A DNA stretch of 28,761 bases. Origin: a virus (Duplodnaviria; Caudoviricetes). Below the pieces are notes generated by a model. The model did not search any database. It worked only from the letters and a program-made list of their open reading frames with translations, and was not told the DNA's origin. A program made the position numbers and the translations under genes. The stretch's first letter is position 1, and each line of letters starts with the position of its first letter. Where the stretch lies: positions 1 through 28,761 of IMG/VR virus record IMGVR_UViG_3300006737_000131; one strand, given 5' to 3'. Below, one piece after another: positions 1 through 9,220 of the stretch.

Positions 1-443
1 CCTGTTGGTAAATTAGCTATAGGCAAAATACCACTTCCTAATGGTCCACCACCTGTTACTGGAATACCTCCTGTTTGTGGTGGTTGTGGTTGTTGTAAAA
101 CTGGTTGTAATGGTTGATTTATGAGTTGATTTATGCCACCTATGCCACCTATTGATGGTGGTCTAATTGGCATAATCGGTTGTTTTAACATTGGTGCACC
201 AGGCACATTTGTTGGAGGTGGTGCTATTGTAGGAGGTAATCCATTTAATGAAGGTATTAATCTGTTTATATCACCAATAGAACGAGGTGGCACCAATGGA
301 CTTGATGGAACAATAGGCATAGGCGCAGGCATTGGCATACGTCTTATAGGTGGAAAATTTATATTTCTTATCGGTTGCCTTAAACCACGACTGGGTGGCT
401 TTATGTCGTTTACACCTCTGATTAAATTTTTCAAAAAACCCAT
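1..443 (-). CDS. Pro/Gly/Gln-rich protein, 5' part only (runs off the left edge); probable internal virion/ejection protein
   Basis: Not in the ORF track. ATG at 443 overlaps the TAA of the 697-aa gene (TAATG). I translated MGFLKNLIRGVNDIKPPSRGLRQPIRNINFPPIRRMPMPAPMPIVPSSP...GILPIANLPT with no stop to the window edge. Function is inferred from position only. Confidence 0.75.
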   Translation of the reverse strand, partial: MGFLKNLIRGVNDIKPPSRGLRQPIRNINFPPIRRMPMPAPMPIVPSSPLVPPRSIGDINRLIPSLNGLPPTIAPPPTNVPGAPMLKQPIMPIRPPSIGGIGGINQLINQPLQPVLQQPQPPQTGGIPVTGGGPLGSGILPIANLPT

Positions 444-2536
444 TACGATTCCTTAGCTTTGCTTGCAAAGACATCCATCATTGCATACATATTATCCATA
501 CCTCTTTCTCTGTTTTCATCCATAGTTGGCATTAAACTAATAATACCGCTAGGGTCTGATTGCATTTCGTATGAGCCAGCGCCTCTTACAGCTTGTCCTG
601 TCATTACAAACTCACCATCGCTTAACATAGCTGGTATGTCATCACTGGTTTCTGTACCTGGACCATTTATATCGCCATCCATTCTTGGAAATTGGCTTGG
701 GTCCATACCACCGCCTTCTTGCATTTGCACTGCTCCACCTTGCGCGTAAGCCATTACAGGCCCGCCATACATCATGCCCGAAGCCATGCCGCCTGTTAAA
801 TCTTCTACAGCACCACCGTACATCATCATTTGCATAGAACCAATGCCTTTTTGACTTGGTTCATTTTGAGCTTGTATTTGTATTTTCTGTTGTTGTAATT
901 GGTCGATTTGGTCAGCTATCATTTGCGCTCTTTGTAATTCGTTATTACGAACTACCATATCGTATTCAGTCATAAGATTTTGTATTTCAGCATCAATAGA
1001 AAACATCATCATTTCTGGTGTTCTACTGCTAGGCATATTTTGTATGCCGCTCTGTAAACCTTGAACAGCACCTCCATCCATCATACCTGCTGGCTTGCCA
1101 CCAGATAATTCTGGGAAAGTATTTGCAGGCAGTAAACCAAACTCAACTGGGTTTGGTGTCTCTTGTCCCATTCTTCTAGCTATTTCAGCTTCAATATTGT
1201 ATCTACCTGTTGGACTCATGGTTGTTAATGGGGTTAAAGGAACGCCCGTTTGTTTTTTAGCGTCTTCGTAAGCTAGTTTACCTAAACCAGCAGCTAAAGC
1301 TCCGATACCAGCTGTCTTTGCAAAATTACCAAGACCTCCTAAAAAGCCTCCGCCTCCACCGCTACCGCCAGCGCCACCAATTCCGCCGCTACCGCCTGTT
1401 AAACGACCTAAGATACCGCTACCGCCTCCAGCGGCAAGTTGTTGTAATTGTTGAAGCTGTCCTGCTGGCATTGCAGCTAATTGTTGTGGAGTCAAGCTAT
1501 TTAAAGCATTTTGTGCGTTTGTTTGTAAGTTTGCAGTAGTTACTTGGCTTTGTGTACCACTACCCAAACCAAATCTGTTTGCTAAACCTTGTCCTGATGA
1601 GGGACCGCCTGCAAAGGTAGAGCCTGTTTGACCAAATATACCACCTGCAAGAGGATTTTGTATGCCAGAACCAATGCCTCCAAAACCTTGTCCAACACCA
1701 CCTGCAATAGGTGATAGGCCTGGTATGCCTGCTTTAGCTAAAGGGTCTATAATTGTGCTAGATAAAAAAGTACCTGCTTTTCCTAGTAAACCGCCAATTC
1801 CAGGTATTTTAGTGGTTAGTCCGCCAATACCACCAAGAACGCCACCGAGAGCTGTACCAACCCCAGGTATAAAGGCTGCAATGGGAGCAACTTTTTTAAC
1901 TACTTTTTTTAATTTTTTGCCTATCTTTTTGAAGAATCCAAATTGTTCTAATCCTGTGATTGGGTTTAGTGTAGCTATACCTGTGCCAACAACAGCCTCT
2001 TCTGGGTTTACTCCAATTTCTTTAAATTTACTTTCAACCATCGCTTCAAATCTATCATCTTCAAAAAACTCTGGTGGTAAAACCACTTCGCCTGGTTTCA
2101 AATGAGCAAGTTGTGTATCTTCACCTTCGCCTTGAGCAGCAATTTCTTGTGCAATACCTCTCATTGGAGCTTGTTCTTGCATTTGACCACGTTGCATAAG
2201 TATTTGCATAGATTCTTGTTCTTCTCGACTCATGTCCGGCATTTCTGTAGGCATAGTGCTTTTAAATATTTCCATTTCTCTATCTGATATAGCACCTTTT
2301 CCTGCTTGGTCTCGCATTATTCTTTTGTACATTTCTATTTGTTCTTGAAGTTGCTGGTCACCCACCACCTGAGCCGTATCAGGATTTATGCCTAATTGCT
2401 CTGCTATTGCTTTGTCTTGGTTAGACAAGACACCAGGCCCAAAAGCGTCGCCATCACCTTCTAAACGCTCTGGAGGCAACATAGAAGCGTCGCCTGTTAG
2501 TCCTAGTATTCTTTTTCTCAATAATTCATTTATCAT
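443..2536 (-). CDS. Probable internal virion / DNA-ejection (pilot) protein
   Basis: 697 aa, Gly/Met/Gln-rich, downstream of the nozzle. Motifs EDTQLAHLKPGEVVLP, LNPITGLEQF and GPGTETSDDIPAMLSDGEFV are typical of tape-measure/ejection proteins. Long Gly-rich hydrophobic segment. Confidence 0.65.
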   Translation of the reverse strand: MINELLRKRILGLTGDASMLPPERLEGDGDAFGPGVLSNQDKAIAEQLGINPDTAQVVGDQQLQEQIEMYKRIMRDQAGKGAISDREMEIFKSTMPTEMPDMSREEQESMQILMQRGQMQEQAPMRGIAQEIAAQGEGEDTQLAHLKPGEVVLPPEFFEDDRFEAMVESKFKEIGVNPEEAVVGTGIATLNPITGLEQFGFFKKIGKKLKKVVKKVAPIAAFIPGVGTALGGVLGGIGGLTTKIPGIGGLLGKAGTFLSSTIIDPLAKAGIPGLSPIAGGVGQGFGGIGSGIQNPLAGGIFGQTGSTFAGGPSSGQGLANRFGLGSGTQSQVTTANLQTNAQNALNSLTPQQLAAMPAGQLQQLQQLAAGGGSGILGRLTGGSGGIGGAGGSGGGGGFLGGLGNFAKTAGIGALAAGLGKLAYEDAKKQTGVPLTPLTTMSPTGRYNIEAEIARRMGQETPNPVEFGLLPANTFPELSGGKPAGMMDGGAVQGLQSGIQNMPSSRTPEMMMFSIDAEIQNLMTEYDMVVRNNELQRAQMIADQIDQLQQQKIQIQAQNEPSQKGIGSMQMMMYGGAVEDLTGGMASGMMYGGPVMAYAQGGAVQMQEGGGMDPSQFPRMDGDINGPGTETSDDIPAMLSDGEFVMTGQAVRGAGSYEMQSDPSGIISLMPTMDENRERGMDNMYAMMDVFASKAKES

Positions 2537-2847
2537 TATGGCGTACTCACTGTTACTGTTCCTAAACTCATTGTAGCAGAAAGTCCAGTCAAATAAGTTT
2601 GATGTTCATACAGGTTTCTAAACTGTGTGCCATCAAAAGCTTGATGAACCTCTGTCGTTGAGTTAAATATAATAGCACCTGTGGCAAATTGCAACTCGCT
2701 AATGTCTGTGGAGTTATATGATTTTATAGCGTCTGGGTCTACAGAACTGAGGTTTATTTCTAATATTCTAATTAATCTGTTAAAAGTATCTGCTGAAACT
2801 GTTTCACCTTGAGCAAAAGGCAACTGAGTTGGTAGTAATTTACTCAT
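2536..2847 (-). CDS. Hypothetical virion-associated protein
   Basis: 103-aa ORF with TAATG-type coupling to both neighbours; lies between nozzle and ejection genes. Confidence 0.6.
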   Translation of the reverse strand: MSKLLPTQLPFAQGETVSADTFNRLIRILEINLSSVDPDAIKSYNSTDISELQFATGAIIFNSTTEVHQAFDGTQFRNLYEHQTYLTGLSATMSLGTVTVSTP

Positions 2848-4739
2848 TATCTACGTCCTGACGGTTGAACTTCTACTCTTGTGCTTCCTAGCCTCCACTT
2901 ATAATTTTTTCTATCTGTTTCAGAGGTGTCATCATCGGACTCAAACCTTAAAACAAATTGTCTAGCGCGCGAACGTAATGAACCAAATGTAGAGCTTGAT
3001 GTAATCTGTGTTGTAGAATCAGTGGTTAAGGTTTGATTTGCAAAATCACGTCTTTTAACAACCACATTTATAGCTGGATTTTGACTTGTGCCAACTTGAT
3101 TTACAAACAATATATCTGGAAGTATTTTTTTAAGAAATACAAAATTTTCTCCATCTGCAATATCTATGTCAGCTGACTCTATAAAAACACCGTCCATTGA
3201 ATCGCTATCATTGTTAAAACCTTTTTCATGCTCATAAACGTATTTGGTTGAACTTGCTTCACCAGCTGCTAAAGGTTTATTTAGTACGCCAGCTGCTAAC
3301 CAGCTATATCTTTCTAATGAGCCTATGCTCCAAGAGTTTTCTTCATAGTTGTAAATTACATACCTAGATATTTCTGTTTCATTATCAGTAGTTGAAGGGT
3401 AAAAAAACCAAACTTCGCTAAACTCTTCGTTCAGACCTGCAAAACATTTAAACGCTTGGCTTTCATCTAAATCAGAAAAAACATAGTCTTGCACTGAGCA
3501 TGGTAACTTTTGCACAGCGCCATTGTAAAAATAAAAACCTTTCTTAGACATATAAAAAACACCTTTTGGTGAATTTGCAGCAGCTTTAGGGCCAATAAGT
3601 CCTGCACCTTCATTAATTAGGTTTACAGCAAATGTGAGAGGTGGTCCAATAAAATTCATTGAATACAAAGATGTATCTGTCCATATTAAAACTTCTTGTC
3701 TAGCTTTTAAGCCGCCTACAATAGAAGAACCAGAAGATAATCTTAGAGAACCTGCGGTATTTGTTGCAAGTGGTTCAAACTCTAAGGGATTTTCTTGGTC
3801 ACTAAATGCAATTAACATAGGGTCTAAAGTTCCTGTCCTAGAACCACTACTTATTGGGTCTGCGCCTAAAACTATTAAATGCCTATCGGTTTCTGACGTT
3901 AATACTTGCAAGCTTTGTGTTGGCACTAAGTTTGCGCCAGATACGGCAGAAAGCTTTACTGCTCTCGTTGTAAGACCATCGTTTTCAACCCATCTATAAA
4001 TACTTCCGCCGCGAGGATTTATTATTAAATCTTCGCCATAATTATCATGTGTCCATAATCTAAGTTGGTTAGTGTCGCTCAATGCAGTAGATGAACCCCA
4101 AGCTCCAGCTCCCCAAGTACCAACACCCCAACCTGTTGATTCAACATAAAACTCTAAGCCAGAATTTACTTGATATGCTGCATCGGTACCAGAACCTCCA
4201 TTGCCACTATCACTTGCATTTGCTGTGACTGTTGCACCACTTGTATCTTTGGCTGAAATTTCATAAGTGTTTGTGCCAGTAACTAAACTAATTTGGTATT
4301 CTTGGTTTATAACAGCAGCGGTAACATTACCACCTAAACTGACAGCGCTTGAAAAAGTAACAAAATCTCCACTTACAGCACCATGACTACTATCGGTTAC
4401 AGTAAGCGTAGCAGAACCATTAGTTGCAGCAAAAGTAGCGGCATTTGTGGTGTTTTTTCTTATAGGTGTTATATCGTTATAAGTGTTGCCCTCTTCTATG
4501 TAATATTTATTAGTTGTGCCTACACCTAAATATTTATTACCACCTAATGAAATCCATGAGTGCAAAGCTCTAGCAGAGCCTATAATTGAATTTGAGTTAA
4601 GCTTTTCCCAGCCGCCTATTTTTTCTACGCGACCTTTTCTAAAACGAATTTTATCGCCGTCAACCCAACCACCTTCATTTGAATAGTCGGTTTCCTCTTT
4701 GTTTATTCCAGGCTTAAAATTAAGTTTTGATAGCGGCAT
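2847..4739 (-). CDS. Tail nozzle / packaged-DNA stabilisation protein (P22 gp10 / T7 gp12-like)
   Basis: 630 aa, beta-rich. N-terminus FKPGINKEETDYSNEGGWVDGDKIRFRKGRVEKIGGW, internal EVWFFYPS and C-terminal WRLG...VQPSGRR are characteristic of this podovirus family; position after the adaptors fits. Confidence 0.7.
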   Translation of the reverse strand: MPLSKLNFKPGINKEETDYSNEGGWVDGDKIRFRKGRVEKIGGWEKLNSNSIIGSARALHSWISLGGNKYLGVGTTNKYYIEEGNTYNDITPIRKNTTNAATFAATNGSATLTVTDSSHGAVSGDFVTFSSAVSLGGNVTAAVINQEYQISLVTGTNTYEISAKDTSGATVTANASDSGNGGSGTDAAYQVNSGLEFYVESTGWGVGTWGAGAWGSSTALSDTNQLRLWTHDNYGEDLIINPRGGSIYRWVENDGLTTRAVKLSAVSGANLVPTQSLQVLTSETDRHLIVLGADPISSGSRTGTLDPMLIAFSDQENPLEFEPLATNTAGSLRLSSGSSIVGGLKARQEVLIWTDTSLYSMNFIGPPLTFAVNLINEGAGLIGPKAAANSPKGVFYMSKKGFYFYNGAVQKLPCSVQDYVFSDLDESQAFKCFAGLNEEFSEVWFFYPSTTDNETEISRYVIYNYEENSWSIGSLERYSWLAAGVLNKPLAAGEASSTKYVYEHEKGFNNDSDSMDGVFIESADIDIADGENFVFLKKILPDILFVNQVGTSQNPAINVVVKRRDFANQTLTTDSTTQITSSSTFGSLRSRARQFVLRFESDDDTSETDRKNYKWRLGSTRVEVQPSGRR

Positions 4740-4749
4740 AACACGACAT

Positions 4750-5178
4750 TTACGCTAACCTAATTATCGCGCCTGTTGCAGTAGCGCTTGGAAAAACAAT
4801 AGTAAAATCTCCAGCAGTAGAAGTTTTGTCTCCACCAAAATCTATTGCAGCAACAGCCTTGTCAGATTGTGTGTCATTGTAAATTAAACAACCTCTAGCT
4901 GTTACCGTAGCATTACTAAATGTTAAGTCTGCAAAATCACAAATAGCAGTAGTGCCAGATGTTGTTGGCGTTACTGACGTAAGTGCAGAGCCAGCAGCAG
5001 TATAGTTTGTGCCTGTAGCCTCACCTGTAGTTACGTAAGCAGTTGTGCCAGCTCCTAGTGTTGCAGAACTGCTATACAAGGCTAATTTAAAACTGTTACC
5101 ACTTGTTGCTGTAAAATTATGTGTGCCAACAAGCAACTCTTGCTTGAAACTCGTACATATCGCTGATGTTATTGCCAT
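4750..5178 (-). CDS. Tail structural protein (tail-fibre N-terminal-like domain)
   Basis: 142 aa, Thr/Ala/Ser-rich beta protein (MAITSAICTSFKQELLVGTHNF...FKLALY...DFGGDKTST); tail module context. Confidence 0.6.
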   Translation of the reverse strand: MAITSAICTSFKQELLVGTHNFTATSGNSFKLALYSSSATLGAGTTAYVTTGEATGTNYTAAGSALTSVTPTTSGTTAICDFADLTFSNATVTARGCLIYNDTQSDKAVAAIDFGGDKTSTAGDFTIVFPSATATGAIIRLA

Positions 5179-5465
5179 TATAGCTCCTTCAATATTTTAG
5201 CCATGTCGCTGTGGCCCTGTTTTTCTAATAAATTTGCATAAGTCGTGTTCTGTGACTTAATTGCATTTTTCATACTATGTAAGATTACAGTATAAACTTG
5301 ATTTTGAAAAGCCAAAGCCTGCTGTTTTATATGCTCAGGTGCATCGTTAGAAATGTCGCAAATTTTCTTAGTTGCTTGTGCTGCCCAAAATTCTGGGTCA
5401 TGTCCTTTGCCATCTGTTGTTGTAATACCAACTTGACCTAAAACAAAATCGCTTTCTACGCTCAT
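5178..5465 (-). CDS. Hypothetical protein
   Basis: 95-aa ORF coupled by overlaps to both neighbours. Confidence 0.6.
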   Translation of the reverse strand: MSVESDFVLGQVGITTTDGKGHDPEFWAAQATKKICDISNDAPEHIKQQALAFQNQVYTVILHSMKNAIKSQNTTYANLLEKQGHSDMAKILKEL

Positions 5466-6181
5466 CCTTTATATGGTTCTGGCGGAACTACATTCTCATC
5501 TATTTTCAAACCATGCTGTTCTAATTGTTTATTTATATCTTGATAAGGTCCGATAATAAACTTACCCTCATGTGGAACTGCTACTAATGGTTTGTTTAAT
5601 CTGTGAAAACCATAAAGTTTTTCTGTAGCTGGCACATTGGAATCTAAAACTGTTGACCTGCCGCTTATACCAATTAATATATCTTCACTCATACATTTGC
5701 TTATCCAAAACTCAACACAGGCTCTACCTGCCTCTGCAAAGTGCATATTTTCTTTGTATGAAAAATCTATGCCGAATAAATCTAGTCTACCAACCTTGTT
5801 CCACAAAGCAAAAGCTATAGCGTAAGCAACAGTATTGTTAAGATAGGCACATTTTGTTGCGTTACAAACTTCTTCTATTGGGTACATAACAGGATTTTTA
5901 ATTCTAGGGTCTAACTCACAAGTATAAACAGGTGTTTCTGTTTCTTCTAAAACACGACACATAACAGATGTTTGTTTACCTGCATCGTCAGTATCAAAAA
6001 ACCTACTTGCAGGGTCTAGCATAAATATACGGTCGCATGGATAAGTAGAGGCAGTTGAGTTTATACACCAAACCTCATCCCACTCTCTGCCGTTTTGTAA
6101 TCCTATTGCAAAATCAACTTGTGATATACCAAGTCCTACTAGGGCAATTTTTTTGCCTTCTAAATTTTCTATTCTGTTCAT
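5462..6181 (-). CDS. Putative glycosyltransferase-like protein (sialyltransferase/Maf/MptE-like Rossmann fold)
   Basis: 239 aa. N-terminal KKIALVGLGxS, then VWCIN, DRIFMLDP, NTVAYAIAFA and LDLFGIDFSY, matching the motif order of GT29/GT42/Maf-like folds. Recognised by eye. Confidence 0.5.
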   Translation of the reverse strand: MNRIENLEGKKIALVGLGISQVDFAIGLQNGREWDEVWCINSTASTYPCDRIFMLDPASRFFDTDDAGKQTSVMCRVLEETETPVYTCELDPRIKNPVMYPIEEVCNATKCAYLNNTVAYAIAFALWNKVGRLDLFGIDFSYKENMHFAEAGRACVEFWISKCMSEDILIGISGRSTVLDSNVPATEKLYGFHRLNKPLVAVPHEGKFIIGPYQDINKQLEQHGLKIDENVVPPEPYKG

Positions 6182-6825
6182 CAGCTCACGCTAGAGCGGA
6201 CTGAATCATACCTGTATTCGTCGCGTGTTCCACGACCTTCTGATGTGTTTTTCATTCTGGCTACCGCCTCCTTGAAACGTCCCTCTAATTGAGTGATAAC
6301 GTCAGGCGGTTCTTTTAAAAATATTGCTCCTTCTATTAAAGAGCCATACAACAAAGCATCTGAATAATCAGTTGACAAAAATGTTGTGCCAGAGTCGCTA
6401 CCAGCAGTCAAAGAGACTGGTTTATGTAAATAATGAAGCTCAACCGTATAATCCGAATCGGGTATAGGCGATACTTCAAATGCCGCATCATCAAACAAAG
6501 AGTAATATTTCGGTTTAGAGCGAGTAGTTCCAGATGAATATTCCTTTATGAATGATGGATGTTTAAAATCTAAATAGTCGTATGTGCTTGAACTTATTAC
6601 AGCCAAACTCATAGGTGCATAAAAATCTGTAGGTGTTGCTAAAAATCTATTGCCTGTTGTTACAGTACCTTGAACGTTTTTACGTTGTTCTGGCAACTGC
6701 ACGAAAGAAAATATACGGTCTTCTGCTTCTGTTATAAATGTTGGAAGTTGTGTTGTAAATGTAGATTCAGAGACCTGTAGGTAATCTTGTATAGCTGTTT
6801 TTAATGTACTGTATGTAAAACTCAT
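6181..6825 (-). CDS. Head-tail adaptor protein (T7 gp11 / P22 gp4-like)
   Basis: 214 aa: TYSTLKTAIQDY...FITEAEDRI...PKYY...PIPDSDYTVELHY...ALLYGSLIE. Helix-beta-helix adaptor pattern. Confidence 0.65.
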   Translation of the reverse strand: MSFTYSTLKTAIQDYLQVSESTFTTQLPTFITEAEDRIFSFVQLPEQRKNVQGTVTTGNRFLATPTDFYAPMSLAVISSSTYDYLDFKHPSFIKEYSSGTTRSKPKYYSLFDDAAFEVSPIPDSDYTVELHYLHKPVSLTAGSDSGTTFLSTDYSDALLYGSLIEGAIFLKEPPDVITQLEGRFKEAVARMKNTSEGRGTRDEYRYDSVRSSVS

Positions 6826-7133
6826 GTTGTCACCGTTACCTCACCAACATTTGATGAAACCTCAAATGTAGATAATACACTACCCAATTTACCATCACCA
6901 ACATTAGTATAGACTAAAAATTTTCTATTATCGTCTGCTTTATCTGGTCTTGCATTTCTAATAGCTTGTGGGTCTTCTGGAGCTGGCTTTGGTTCTAGTT
7001 GTGGATGTTTTGCATCCCACATATCTGGTCCAACCAATAAGCCATCCCAAGTTTTACGCATATCATGCAATTTATATCTAAAACCAGATATATCGCAGAT
7101 GCCGTATGAGCGTTTACCTGATGCAAAAGACAT
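6822..7133 (-). CDS. Conserved hypothetical phage protein (adaptor region)
   Basis: 103 aa, FASGKRSYGICDISGFRY...KHPQLEP...DPQAIRNARPD; coupled to both neighbours. Confidence 0.6.
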   Translation of the reverse strand: MSFASGKRSYGICDISGFRYKLHDMRKTWDGLLVGPDMWDAKHPQLEPKPAPEDPQAIRNARPDKADDNRKFLVYTNVGDGKLGSVLSTFEVSSNVGEVTVTT

Positions 7134-7828
7134 TATGCGTTACTGTAGCTCCTTAAATTTGGTGAAATTTTAAAAGATGCTCGGTCTTCATCTGTAGATA
7201 AAGCTCTTTGGAACTCTTCCTCATACAAAGCTTTCAACATTTGTGTTCTATCTGGTGCTCTTTTAAGTGACATATAATAAGCTAGTCCTGCTGCTAAACA
7301 TGGGTAAAATCTAAAAGGCATATCTAAAGTATTTGCTCCAGCGTCAGCATCATCCATTCTTGTTAAAACATTCATGTAAACAGTGTAAGTGCTAGACTTA
7401 TCCGGAACTGGCCAAACAGTAATTGTTGGAGTTGATTGTTTATCAATAAAAAATTGATTAGGTTTGCCTGTGCTTGATTTAGTTGTTATATGTGAATATT
7501 CAGCTCTACTTAATCTTGTCATAGGCAAATCAGTAGTTTCTGTGCCTTCTGTTTCTCTAATATAGACATCAAGAACATCTATGGGTGCTGTAGCGTTAGT
7601 GCTATCAATGTTATATGCTCCTGTATCTTTAACCATAGCAACAGTTTTTTCTTTTACTGTCCATTGGTTTAAACCTCTGTTGGCCCACTCTGCAAGCATT
7701 AAATTAAGGCTTCTAGTAGCACTTTTTAAATCGTAACCAGTGCGAAGCTCTAAGCCACAACGCTCAAACGCTTCTTCAACGTAGTCTGCTACATCTAATT
7801 CAAAGTCTTTGCTTCCAGATAATGCCAT
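7133..7828 (-). CDS. Second head-tail adaptor / head completion protein (P22 gp4 / T7 gp11-like)
   Basis: 231 aa: DVADYVEEAFERCG...RSLNLMLAEWANRG...GKPNQF...VWPVPD...FYPCLAAGLAYY. Confidence 0.65.
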   Translation of the reverse strand: MALSGSKDFELDVADYVEEAFERCGLELRTGYDLKSATRSLNLMLAEWANRGLNQWTVKEKTVAMVKDTGAYNIDSTNATAPIDVLDVYIRETEGTETTDLPMTRLSRAEYSHITTKSSTGKPNQFFIDKQSTPTITVWPVPDKSSTYTVYMNVLTRMDDADAGANTLDMPFRFYPCLAAGLAYYMSLKRAPDRTQMLKALYEEEFQRALSTDEDRASFKISPNLRSYSNA

Positions 7829-7830
7829 AA

Positions 7831-8520
7831 TTACTCTCTATCTTCGTCTGAGGCATACAAATTGTCAAATGTAGCCACTGGGTCTGTGTAGCTTTCATGT
7901 GCCTCGGCTGAATGTACCCATTGTGACGGTGCAAAATCTGGAGCACCCTCACCTGTTCTCCACAAAGCTGGGTTAGTTGCTCTTACTCTGTTATTGGGCA
8001 AAGCAACAAAGTTACCAGTATAGTCACCAGCATCGGTTAAGTATAACACGTGTGATTGTTTGTGTTGAGCTGAGTCGTCAGCTATTGAATGTTCAGTATA
8101 ATCTACAGTAAACATATATTTACCTAAATAAAACTCACCATCAATTTTACAATACCAAGGACTTGAACTAACCCTATCTAATGTAACCACACTATGATGA
8201 TGACTTAGACAATCCCAGGGTTGAGCTAAATGGTCTTGCATTGGGTTTGGCCACTCTTGTAAAGGAACATCTGCTACTAAAGCTTGAATAGGCATACGGG
8301 CCCACATAGCGCCACCATGTACGTTTTCATCTGGATAATTTTCAAAGTCGGTCTCGCAGCCTGTAAAGACCACTTGAAAGGAAAGAGACCTATCTGGAAT
8401 TGTATTTACTGCAAACGCTAAAGCATGCAGATATTCACCGTGTCCGTGTTGATGATTAGTTGTAAACTCTTTTCTTACCCAGCATTTAAACTGCGGGATA
8501 TTTGATATTAAATACGCCAC
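7831..8520 (-). CDS. Conserved hypothetical phage protein (His/Trp-rich)
   Basis: 229-aa ORF with GTG start and well-formed globular composition; motifs GGAMWARMPI, QPWDC, HKQSH, ALPNNR. Confidence 0.65.
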   Translation of the reverse strand: MAYLISNIPQFKCWVRKEFTTNHQHGHGEYLHALAFAVNTIPDRSLSFQVVFTGCETDFENYPDENVHGGAMWARMPIQALVADVPLQEWPNPMQDHLAQPWDCLSHHHSVVTLDRVSSSPWYCKIDGEFYLGKYMFTVDYTEHSIADDSAQHKQSHVLYLTDAGDYTGNFVALPNNRVRATNPALWRTGEGAPDFAPSQWVHSAEAHESYTDPVATFDNLYASDEDRE

Positions 8521-8539
8521 CTTATTTAATTAAAAAGTT

Positions 8540-8617
8540 TTACCTTTTTCCGCCTTTTGCTCTGTACTTAGTACCTTTCATACCACCACCGCCAGCTCTG
8601 TACTTAGTACCTTTCAT
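8540..8617 (-). repeat. Two 36-nt coding repeats (MKGTKYRAxGG)
   Basis: ATGAAAGGTACTAAGTACAGAGC starts at both 8617 and 8581. Confidence 0.85.
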
Positions 8618-8917
8618 AGCACCACCGCCAGCTCTACCGCTTACTGGTCCTTTTGGCTTGCCTTTGGCTCTTATAGACGCGGCTCTTGCTGCCACACCTA
8701 TGGGTCCGCTTGCAAGCGTCAAAGCAACTTTACCTGTTCTCTCAAGCGCATTAACGACTGATTTAGGCATTTTACCCATACCTGGATTAGCTTTCATTTC
8801 TGATTTTGCTGCTCCACCCAGGGACATATATTTAGTGCCTTTCATAGCACCACCTTTAGCCATGTACTTGGTGCCTTTCATGCCGCCACCTTTAGCCATG
8901 TATTTAGTTCCTTTCAT
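8540..8917 (-). CDS. Small basic Lys/Gly-rich repeat protein (MKGTKY repeats)
   Basis: Start moved from 8932 to the ATG at 8917, which follows a GGAAGGAGA Shine-Dalgarno. Five MKGTKY-x-x-x-GG units. Confidence 0.7.
   Translation of the reverse strand: MKGTKYMAKGGGMKGTKYMAKGGAMKGTKYMSLGGAAKSEMKANPGMGKMPKSVVNALERTGKVALTLASGPIGVAARAASIRAKGKPKGPVSGRAGGGAMKGTKYRAGGGGMKGTKYRAKGGKR
8810..8917 (-). repeat. Three 36-nt coding repeats (MKGTKYMxxGGx)
   Basis: Units begin at 8917, 8881 and 8845; differences within MKGTKYM are at synonymous positions. Confidence 0.85.
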
Positions 8918-8918
8918 A

Positions 8919-9218
8919 TTATCTCCTTCCAAATAATCCCATATTTGAATTTTTAGTTATTTTACCACCTTTTGCGGCAAAAGTTTTTACATTTGTTGGC
9001 TTACCACCAACGCCTTGTTTTTTAGCTCGTTTACGACTTACTGCTGATTTTTTTTCTGATTTAGTCATGCGTGCAGCTTTGGCAGCTGGCACACACTTTG
9101 GGTATTTTCTTTTAGCGTCTTTTTTTTGTTTTGACCTGCCACATTTATCAAAGCCACCACCTTTTTTTGGCGAGCCAATATCAACCCAATCTTCTTTAAA
9201 CCACTTGGTTAAACTCAT
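8919..9218 (-). CDS. Small basic hypothetical protein
   Basis: 99 aa, Lys-rich: LTKWFKEDWVDI...CGRS...YPKCVP...FAAKGG. Confidence 0.7.
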   Translation of the reverse strand: MSLTKWFKEDWVDIGSPKKGGGFDKCGRSKQKKDAKRKYPKCVPAAKAARMTKSEKKSAVSRKRAKKQGVGGKPTNVKTFAAKGGKITKNSNMGLFGRR

Positions 9219-9220
9219 TT

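Noticed and set aside
271-474. 67-aa minus-strand ORF
   Set aside because: It overlaps in another frame the longer Pro-rich ORF starting at 443, which has a TAATG coupling and stays open to the window edge.
8540-8917. 36-nt repeats as a CRISPR array
   Set aside because: They are in-frame tandem coding repeats with synonymous variation and no unique spacers or cas genes.
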